Below are positions 56,031 through 64,000 of a DNA stretch of 64,000 nucleotides, piece after piece. Location: positions 160,001 through 224,000 of the forward strand of contig CBDCNQ010000001.1 of assembly GCA_965219445.1 (NCBI GenBank), in the 5' to 3' direction. This DNA is from Longimicrobiales bacterium. Lineage in GTDB: Bacteria > Gemmatimonadota > Gemmatimonadetes > Longimicrobiales > Gaopeijiaceae. A program made the position numbers and the translations under genes. Each line of letters opens with the position of its first letter. Within the stretch, counting starts at the first letter, position 1. Below the pieces are notes generated by a model that saw nothing but the letters and a program-made list of their open reading frames with translations, did no database searches and had not been told where the DNA came from.

Positions 56031-56360
56031 GTGGCGACATCGAGCGGAAACGATAGACCGAAAGAATCTGCTTCATCCTATGCCAGGCGGATGGCGCTAG
56101 AGGGAAAGTTTGTAGATACTACCGGGGTAAACAGCGAGGTGCTTTCCTCGTTTCTGGCCTGTTTGACCTTTGTGATAGTATCCCTCGAAGAACACCCGCC
56201 AGATGGTTGGTCTAGTCTTGTGCGGGAGTTCGTGCGGCGATTTCGCGAAGGATACGGTGAGCATCTTCGTCAAGGTCAGTCTCTAGACCAAAGAGAAATC
56301 GCCACACTTGAACAAGTGTGCGAACACTTTTTGGCGATACTCGATATCCAGACTCAGTAG
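56031..56360 (+). CDS. Hypothetical protein
   Basis: 109-codon ORF, lower GC, no recognised motif. Confidence 0.35.
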   Translation: MATSSGNDRPKESASSYARRMALEGKFVDTTGVNSEVLSSFLACLTFVIVSLEEHPPDGWSSLVREFVRRFREGYGEHLRQGQSLDQREIATLEQVCEHFLAILDIQTQ

Positions 56361-56772
56361 CCGGCATCTTTCCCCTCGCTTTTTTCGGGTAAACAGGCTG
56401 CCCCGCTGCGACGGGTCGTGCACGTGGCAATGGCAAGCCCGTGGTGGCCTTGAACGGCTTCGGTCTACGCGTCCCTCCGATGCGATCTGAGACAACGGCA
56501 AGGATTCCCGCCAATCGAGTCCGGCTTTCCGGCTATTGTGACACGATGGAGTCAGATATCGTCCGACGGCAAGTGCGGCAGATCGTGCAGTCCTAGTTGA
56601 CTTTAGACGATTTCTTGCCGTAAAACGCACAACTTGAATCCGATACCGTCCAAGGAGTTCCGGGTAGGTGCATAACATCCAGTATTTACAACAGGTTACG
56701 TAGTTTCTTTCTTGTCTCGTTCTGCCAGCAGTGCCCTTTGCGATCCCGTTCCATCCCAGTTATGATTGGGGG

Positions 56773-58002
56773 ATGGATAATGTGATTCGATCTCCCGTCA
56801 AGCGCCGCCTAGGCAAGCCCAAGGGCCGCCATCCCCACAAGCGGCTCTCGACCGCCTTCGTGCGCTCGGCACCGCCCGGCAGGCACTGCGATGGCAACGG
56901 TCTCTACCTTTACGTCCAGAAGACCGGAACCCGGAGTTGGATTCAGCGGCTCGTGATCCGGGGCCGCAAGCGCGAGCTCGGACTCGGCAACGCCCAACTG
57001 GTCTTGCTCGCCGAGGCGCGGGAGCAGGCGCTGGCCAACCGCAAGCTTGCCCGCGCGGGCGGCGATCCGCTGGCCGAGAAGCGGCGTTCGGCGGGCATTC
57101 CCACCTTCGCCGAGGCCGCTAAGCGCGTCATCGAGCAGAAGAGCGCCGGATGGCGCAACGCGGCGGTGCCGAGGAACTGGTATCGCAGCTTCGAGATTCA
57201 CGTCTTCCCAAGGATCGGGAGGGTGCCGGTCTCCGAGATGACGAGCGCCGACGTGCTCGAGATCCTCACACCCATCTGGCACGCGAACCCGCCGACGGCC
57301 CGGATCGTTCGCCACCGCATCCGCGCCGTGCTGGAATGGGCCATCGCCATGGACTGGAGAACGGACAACCCGTGCGACCGGCTCCTGCCGGTGCTCGGCT
57401 CCCAGCAACATGTCGTCAGACACCGGAAGGCCCTGCCTCACCGCGAGGTGGGGGCGGCCATCGAGAAGGTCCGGGCGGCGAAGGCGGGCAAGGTGGACGC
57501 GCTGGCGTTCGAGTTCATGGTGCTCACGGCGGCGCGGGGCGTCGAGGTCCGCGGGGCGGTATGGAGCGAGATCGACCGGGAGGAGCGCGTCTGGACGGTC
57601 CCCGCGAGCCGGATGAAGAGCCTGCGCGCGCACCGTGTGCCGCTGTGCGGCCGCGCGCTGGAGATTCTCGGCGCGGCGCGGAAGCTGGGCGGCGGCGGGA
57701 GTCCGATCGTGTTCGTCGGCAAGCGCGGCAGAGAGATGGGCGGCGAGCAGATGGGCCGGCTGCTCAGGAAGCACGGGATCGCGGCGGTGCCGCATGGGTT
57801 CAGGTCGTCGTTCAGGGACTGGGCCGCCGAAGAGACGGACCACCCCCGCGAAGTCGTCGAGGCGGCCCTGGCCCATGTAGTCCGGAACCCGGTCGAGGCC
57901 GCCTACATGCGCTCCGACCTGTTCGAGCGCCGCCGTCGGCTCATGAACGATTGGGCGGCCTACCTAGCCGGCGAGAGTCGCAAGGTGTTACCGACCCGTT
58001 GA
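56773..58002 (+). CDS. P4-like tyrosine integrase with arm-binding domain
   Basis: DGNGLYL...RELGLG arm domain; catalytic R (AARGVE), K, HGFR, LAH, AY all present. Confidence 0.93.
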   Translation: MDNVIRSPVKRRLGKPKGRHPHKRLSTAFVRSAPPGRHCDGNGLYLYVQKTGTRSWIQRLVIRGRKRELGLGNAQLVLLAEAREQALANRKLARAGGDPLAEKRRSAGIPTFAEAAKRVIEQKSAGWRNAAVPRNWYRSFEIHVFPRIGRVPVSEMTSADVLEILTPIWHANPPTARIVRHRIRAVLEWAIAMDWRTDNPCDRLLPVLGSQQHVVRHRKALPHREVGAAIEKVRAAKAGKVDALAFEFMVLTAARGVEVRGAVWSEIDREERVWTVPASRMKSLRAHRVPLCGRALEILGAARKLGGGGSPIVFVGKRGREMGGEQMGRLLRKHGIAAVPHGFRSSFRDWAAEETDHPREVVEAALAHVVRNPVEAAYMRSDLFERRRRLMNDWAAYLAGESRKVLPTR

Positions 58003-58345
58003 TGATCCGCCGCGCTAGGAGTCCTCTTCCCATCCGACTTTCCATCACGTCGCTGTCCGTGGCCTCAAGCAAGAAGTCGGTATTCTCCCCGACTCGACAC
58101 ACCACCTCCTCATCGACCACCGGGGCTTCCCCCGGTCATTCGGTCTGAGGAGCGCCCCCCCTTTCGAAGGGCTCTATAACAACGGGCACCTCGCCCTGCC
58201 CCGCTCGATACCGACTAAGAATTAGCTCTCCAACTCGGAGCGGTTCAATACCACACTCTACACTTCGCAAAGCTTCTAGCCGGGCTACTAATGGTGTGCG
58301 CTAGGGAGTCCAAAGGATATACTACGCTTCTAGTTTCCTCTGGAT

Positions 58346-58732
58346 GAGGGTGTCCTAAGTTTAGTTGGAATTTGAAGTGACCTCCGACCTCGGGTAAGGT
58401 GGGTGTGAGGAACACAACACCGAACCATGAGAGGAAGGAGGCCACCAATGGAGAGAGTGCCACAGCTTGTACGTCGAGGCAAGAAGGACCGAAGGATGGG
58501 TGCGCCGAGTGAGCTGGACTGGGAAGCGATCGAGGCGCTGAGGACCGAGATGCGGGTGGAATTGATCCAGGAATTGATACCGCTTGGGCTGGCGGAGGTG
58601 GGGCGGGTGCTGGACGAAGAGGTCGAGCGGTTGGCGGGTCCGAGGCACGCCCGCAAGGGAGAAGGAGAAGTGATCTACCGGCATGGGAGCAACCCGGGCT
58701 CGGTACGCCTGGGCGGGCAGCGTCATCCGGTC
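58346..58732 (+). mobile_element. IS256-family left end and transposase N-terminus, cut by IS3 copy 3
   Basis: GAGGGTGTCCTAAGTTTAGTTGGAA end; LGLAEVGRVLDEEVERLAG...RHGSNPGSVRLGG. Confidence 0.75.
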
Positions 58733-60299
58733 CGGAACCTGTCAACGCCAGTGAGACACTCTTGGAAATCAATTAGAGAGCAATCTCCTGTGTCGTGAGG
58801 GATGGGGTGGGAGGATTGATCCAGACGGCCTCCGGGAGTGGTTTAGGCTTCGGCTCACCGGAGACGAAGCGCTCGGGATGAGCGGCCCATGCCTCACGGA
58901 GCACGGCCTTCCTGCAGGCGATGATCCGATCGGCGTGACCGAAGTGGACCTGTTCGGGGGTCAGCATCGAGATGCCGCCATGGCGGTGCTCGGCATTATA
59001 CCAACGGAAGAACGAGCGACAGAAGGTCTTGGCTTGCCCCTGATCCCCGAACCGGCCGGGAAACGAGGGATGGTACTTCAAGGTCTTGAACTGAGCCTCG
59101 GAGAACGGATTGTCATCCGAGACCTGGGGTCGGCCCAACGAGCGGGTCACGCCGAGATCGGCGAGTAGTTGAGCCGTGCATTGGCTCGTCATCGGAGCCC
59201 CTCGATCGGAATGCAGGGTCAGGAGGTGGGGCTGGACGCCATGCTTCAAGCAACTCTGCTGGATCAGCCGGCTGGCCAGGGCAGAGTTCTCCCGATCCGC
59301 CACCATCCATCCCACGACGTAGCGGCTGAAGATGTCCAGGATCACGTAGAGGTAGAAGTAACTCCACTTCTTCGGCCCCAGCAGCCGGGTGATATCCCAG
59401 GACCAGACCTGGTTCGGGCCCCTCGCCATCAACTCGGGCTTCTGGTATTTGGGATGACTCCGCTGCGCTCGACGCTCCTGAACCGGCACCTGGGAAGCCA
59501 GAACGCGATACATCGTACGCTCGCTGCACAGGTAGACGTCCTCGTCGAGCAGCGTCGCCACCACCTCGGCTGGGGACCGGTCCACGAACCGCTCCGAACA
59601 CAGGGTGTCGAAAATCTTGTCCCGCTCCCTCTCACTTAAGGCCCGGGCGGGGGTCGGGCGGGGCTGCTGATGCCCGGTCGATGCACTCCGACGACGGTAG
59701 AACGTGGCTCGCGGCACCCTGAGCGCATCGCACGCGGGCTTCACCCCTACGTGCTTGGCTAGCTCCTGGGTCGCCTTCATGAGTTCGTCCCGTCCTCGAG
59801 GCTCAATCCCAGCAGCCCTGCAACTTTTCCCTGGACGTCGATGATCAAGTGCGCCTTCTGGAGCTCCTTCTCGAGGCGAGTGTTCTCGCGCTCCAGCTTG
59901 CGCACCTTCTCCTCCAGCGGATTGCGCTCGCGCTTACGGCCTCGTTTCTTCGACAGCGCTTTCAGGGACCCGCTATGCGCCGCCTTGCGCCATGTCGTCA
60001 GGTGCGACGAGTACAAGCCCTCCCGCCGTAGGAGTCGGCCAACCTCTCCGGGCTCCGTGCACCGGTCCGCTTCTTCGACGATCCGCAGCTTGTACGACGG
60101 AGCGAACCGCCGGCGCAGCGGCCTATCTACCACCTCCGAGTCCGCAGGAGCTGCCGCGCTTCGCTTACCGTCCCAGGTTGGTGGGGCTATTCCATTCTCT
60201 TTCATTCTCTCTCGGTGTCTCAGCATCCTCGGTTTCTCTGCCTTCGCCCTACTCTAATTCCTTAGCTGCTCCGTGTCTCACGTAAGTTGGCAGAGAGGG
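58733..60299 (-). mobile_element. IS3-family element, copy 3 (1567 bp)
   Basis: Identical proteins (58773-59780, 59777-60226); no target duplication. Confidence 0.95.
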
Positions 60300-60695
60300 T
60301 TTCGGAGGTGGTCTTCTTCTGATTCCACAGTGTCGGGGAAACCGGCGGTTCATAGTCCCCCCAGGGATCGCTTGAGGTCGTTTCAGGAAGTGGCTCCGGT
60401 GCTAGATAAAATGCTGTTCGCCTACCGTGTGGAGACAACGTGGAAGCGGCACGGTGTGAGGCCTCCGGACAAAATCGGCCAAATTGACAGTATTCAGGCG
60501 GTTCTACAAGGCTCTGAAAATGCCAATACTTTGCAAAATCCGGCATTGGACGTCGATAAAGAGGACGGTGGACGTCGGCCCACAATTACGTAAACCTATG
60601 ATACACAAAGATTTCACTAGACATGCCAACTTGTGGACCAGCGTTTGCACTCAGGAGGGCATACACTAGTGTCTTTACTATCAGGAGATATCATC

Positions 60696-61091
60696 ATGCG
60701 GGACAACAAGGGTTTCACCCTCATTGAGCTCCTCATCGTGGTCGTGATCATCGGAATCTTGGCGGCCATCGCCATTCCGAAGTTCTCTGCGACGCGTGAG
60801 AAGGCCTATTTCGCGGCCATGAAGTCCGACCTGAAGAATCTTGCTAGCCAGCAGGAGATCTACTACTCGGACGAGTATTCTTACACTGCCAACACCACGT
60901 CGCTCGGCTTCGTGAGTTCCACGGGCGTGACGGTCACTCCCACGGGTACCTCCACCGGTTGGAACGCGACGGCGACGCATGCCGCGTTGGCCGCCACGGA
61001 GGGCTGCGCGATCTACTACGGTGGCGCGAGTGCGGTGTCGGTCGGTGCCGCAACTCCGACAGCTCCGGGTGAGATGGCCTGCACTCAGTAA
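60696..61091 (+). CDS. Type IV pilin (major pilin-like)
   Basis: MRDNKG|FTLIELLIVVVIIGILAAIAIPKF class III signal, C-terminal Cys pair, AGGAG RBS. Confidence 0.93.
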   Translation: MRDNKGFTLIELLIVVVIIGILAAIAIPKFSATREKAYFAAMKSDLKNLASQQEIYYSDEYSYTANTTSLGFVSSTGVTVTPTGTSTGWNATATHAALAATEGCAIYYGGASAVSVGAATPTAPGEMACTQ

Positions 61092-61627
61092 GCGGCCTCT
61101 AGTCTTCGGAGGCACTGTGTGCTTTCGATTTGGCGAGCGTGGCTCGGGCTTTCCCGGGCCACGCTCTCTTGCCTCCCCCCTCAAAACACGAGACGAAGGC
61201 TCCCCCCCCACAGACATAGAGGCGGCCACCCCCATCGTTCGGACGTAGCCGTCTTCTCGTTTGGGAGGCGCGAGCACGAGGAATGCTACTTGCGCGGGTG
61301 GGGCAGTAATGGTGGGCTCGCCAAGGTCGTCGGTGCGTGCCCGTTGTCCACGTCACGAAGACGTCCAGTGGTCGAAGACGGGTCCGACATGCGCCGGCCA
61401 TCATCTTCATCCTTGGCTTGGGCTCGGAGCGGCAGATAATGGGTCTGGGTTGTCTCTTAAGGGATAGATGCACTCCGATACCGACCACTCACCCCCAACC
61501 TCTTTGCAAATCAGTCGAGCGCGGAACTCGTCTTGGGCGCTCGGGGGCATCTAGCTAATCCAGCCGCATTCCTAGTCAGGACCGCTCCCCTTTGATATCC
61601 TTGTGTCCCGGCAGAACCCTCTTCCCG

Positions 61628-62605
61628 ATGTCCCAAGCCAACAACACGCTGAAGATGGCTGATACGTCGTTTCCTCCCGATGAATGGGCACTGATTCTCG
61701 GGGGCTCGAGTGGGTTCGGACTCGCGACCGCTCACAAGCTCTCCGAGCACGGACTCAACATCTGCGTGGTCCATCGAGACCGACGAGGTGCGATGAGCCG
61801 CATCGAGCCGGAGTTCGACAGGATTCGGGATCGGGGTGTGTCTCTCGTCACGTTCAACAAAGACGCCCTGGACGCCGAGGTGCGTTCAGAGATTCTGGAT
61901 GGTTTGGCAGAGGCGTTGGGCGAGGAAGGAAAGATCCGCGTGGTCCTTCATTCCATCGCCTTCGGTAACCTCAAGCTGATCGGACCGGAGGCGCCGGTCA
62001 GCACCAGCGCCCGGCAACGCCTCGCCGAGGAGCTGGGCATCGACGAGGCCGCGTTGGGCGACGCCGCAGACCGACTCTTCGCCGAGGGCTGGGACGGAGT
62101 TCAGGGCCTCACTACGGCCCCCGAATACTCCGCCGATTCGTTCTTGGAAGAGGAGGACATGGCCAGGACGATCCACTCGATGGGGACCAGCCTTCTCGGC
62201 TGGACTCAAACCCTCCGGCAGCGAAGCCTGTTCGCGCCGGATGCGAGGGTGCTGGGCCTGACGAGCGAGGGAAATTCCGTGGCGTGGAAGGGGTATGCGG
62301 GGGTCGCGGCGGCCAAGGTCGCACTGGAGTCGGTGTCACGCTCGATCGCCGTGGAGATGGCTCAGTTCGGCATTCGATCGAACATCGTGCAGGCGGGCGT
62401 CACGGACACGCCCGCGCTACGCCTGATCCCCGGGAGCGGGCACCTCAAGGCTCAGGCGCGCACGCGCAATCCCTTCGGCCGACTCACGACGCCCCACGAC
62501 GTCGCTAACGCGATCTATCTGTTGTCCCTTGCGGAGTCGGCGTGGATCAACGGGGAGATCATCCGAGTGGATGGAGGAGAACGCATTTCCGGAGCCTCCT
62601 GGTGA
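61628..62605 (+). CDS. Enoyl-ACP reductase-like SDR (FabL/FabI type)
   Basis: GGSSGFG, Y-x6-K (YAGVAAAK), TDTPAL, NPFGRL, VDGG. Confidence 0.8.
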   Translation: MSQANNTLKMADTSFPPDEWALILGGSSGFGLATAHKLSEHGLNICVVHRDRRGAMSRIEPEFDRIRDRGVSLVTFNKDALDAEVRSEILDGLAEALGEEGKIRVVLHSIAFGNLKLIGPEAPVSTSARQRLAEELGIDEAALGDAADRLFAEGWDGVQGLTTAPEYSADSFLEEEDMARTIHSMGTSLLGWTQTLRQRSLFAPDARVLGLTSEGNSVAWKGYAGVAAAKVALESVSRSIAVEMAQFGIRSNIVQAGVTDTPALRLIPGSGHLKAQARTRNPFGRLTTPHDVANAIYLLSLAESAWINGEIIRVDGGERISGASW

Positions 62606-63597
62606 GCCTCTACCTGCACGGCCTCGGCCACTTCCACCCCGAGAACGAGATCACGAATCGTTTTCTCGAGGAGCTCGACATCAGTACGGACGAGCAATGG
62701 ATTCTGGAGCGTGTCGGTATCCGCAGCCGCCGCACCGTGCTTCCATTGGACTACATTCGGGACACCCGGAATCGCGATCCCAGCCAGGCCATTGAGGCGG
62801 CGCTATACACGCATGCAGATACGGGCGTGCTCGCAACCGAGATGGCTCTCGAGCGCGCTGGACTCACCAGAGACGCGATTGGGATGGTGATCGCCGGGTC
62901 CAGCCGTCCGGGGCTTTCGACGCCCGCGGACGCATGTCACATCGCCGCTGCGCTCGGGGTGGAGGTGCCCGCCTTCGACATGAACTCCGCTTGCACGAGC
63001 ATGTGGGTCGCGCTGCATATGCTCTCCAACATGCGCCCGGAAGGCCTGCCGGACTATGTGCTCGTCGTGGCGCCGGAAAGCCTCACGACCACCGTGGATT
63101 ATGACGACCGCTCCGCTTCGGTGCTGTGGGGCGACTGCACGGCGGCCGCGATCGTTTCCGCGCGGGTCCGGTCCCGGAGCCAGATAGTCGACAGTACCAT
63201 CGAGTCCAGTCCCGCGGGCTACGAGAAGGTGATGGTGCCCCTCTTCGGGCACTTCAGCCAAGAAGGACGCACCGTTCAGATGTTCGCGATCAAGAAGTCC
63301 GTTCGGTGCCTCCGGAGGATCCAGAAGAGCTTCCCTTCGCCTGGCCGGACGCTGAACTTTGTGGGACATCAGGCCAACCTCCGTATGCTGGAGTCCGTCT
63401 GCCAGCAGTGTGACATCGATGCCGAACAACACCATTCCAACGTGGTCGAATTCGGGAACGGGGGTGCCGCGGGCGCGCCCTCAGTGCTGTCTATGAACTG
63501 GGACCGCTGGACGGATCAGGACGACGTGGCCGTGATCGGCGTCGGTTCGGGACTCACGTGGGCGAGTTATGTTCTCCGCTTTGGAGAACAGCCGTGA
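62602..63597 (+). CDS. fabH: 3-oxoacyl-ACP synthase III family protein
   Basis: SACTS, GHQAN, FGN Cys-His-Asn triad; GSGLTW. Confidence 0.85.
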   Translation: MSLYLHGLGHFHPENEITNRFLEELDISTDEQWILERVGIRSRRTVLPLDYIRDTRNRDPSQAIEAALYTHADTGVLATEMALERAGLTRDAIGMVIAGSSRPGLSTPADACHIAAALGVEVPAFDMNSACTSMWVALHMLSNMRPEGLPDYVLVVAPESLTTTVDYDDRSASVLWGDCTAAAIVSARVRSRSQIVDSTIESSPAGYEKVMVPLFGHFSQEGRTVQMFAIKKSVRCLRRIQKSFPSPGRTLNFVGHQANLRMLESVCQQCDIDAEQHHSNVVEFGNGGAAGAPSVLSMNWDRWTDQDDVAVIGVGSGLTWASYVLRFGEQP

Positions 63598-63610
63598 CGG
63601 GAGATCAGGC

Positions 63611-64000
63611 GTGACGTACGAGGAATTTCAGGCGCGTTCGCACTTCTCCGAAGAGGAGGTTCTGGCGATCGCACACGGGCGTCTCATCGAGGATGCGCCC
63701 CCTGGGTGTAAGGCCCGCCTACCGTTGCCTCCCATGTTGATGGTCGATCGCATCGAACATGTCTCCCGTAACGGGAGCCGGGGACGAATGGTCGCGGAGC
63801 GCGACGTGCGGCTCGATGACTGGTTTTTCCAGTGCCACTTCCTGGGGGATCCCGTCCAGCCGGGGTGCCTCGGCGTGGACGGCGTGTGGCAGCTCCTCGG
63901 ATTGTACTGCTCCTGGAACGGGGCCCTCGGCAGCGGTCGTGCTTTGGGGTGCGCAGAGGTCGAGTTTTCGGGCCAAATAAGACCCTACGATGGCGTCGTC
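63611..64000 (+). CDS. fabA: 3-hydroxyacyl-ACP dehydratase/isomerase FabA (partial, runs off the edge)
   Basis: LPLPPMLMVDRI, WFFQCHFLGDPVQPGCLGVDGVWQLLG, GRALG. Confidence 0.9.
   Translation, partial: MTYEEFQARSHFSEEEVLAIAHGRLIEDAPPGCKARLPLPPMLMVDRIEHVSRNGSRGRMVAERDVRLDDWFFQCHFLGDPVQPGCLGVDGVWQLLGLYCSWNGALGSGRALGCAEVEFSGQIRPYDGVV

Noticed and set aside
54829..56100. 423-aa transposase fusion protein
   Set aside because: Truncated IS3 orfB reading through into unrelated DNA.

Overview
GC-rich bacterial chromosome segment. The Ser/Thr kinase N-termini and the gene order suggest Gemmatimonadota (inference). The core backbone runs on the minus strand as pilO-pilP-pilQ, a large lipoprotein, aroC-aroK-topA-trmFO-xerC ... 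hslV-hslU. At the right end are a type IV pilin and a fabL-like/fabH-like/fabA cluster. Two accessory regions interrupt it. (1) About 11 kb between xerC and hslV holds unrelated, partly truncated genes, a tRNA 3'-half scar, duplicated promoter-like repeats and an IS-split pyruvate kinase. (2) A ~35-kb composite island (~25435-60299) truncates pilN and is layered with remnants of integrative mobilisable elements. It contains a ColE1-type oriT-mobC-relaxase-mobB-mobD module plus two orphan oriT copies, a P4-like integrase plus two integrase-tail scars, an intact type I R-M system, an intact MqsR-MqsA-SecB toxin-antitoxin-chaperone operon with a readable promoter/operator, an IS-split Abi-alpha-like gene, an ardC fragment, a collagen-stalked lipoprotein protease, and many IS3/IS630/IS256/IS1595 pieces. 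The most unusual signals are an IS3-family element whose ends extend 7 bp beyond its TG...CA inverted repeats, and a ~250-bp structured non-coding element present in two diverged copies. No CRISPR array, rRNA or intact tRNA was seen. All family calls come from motif recognition by eye, not database searches.
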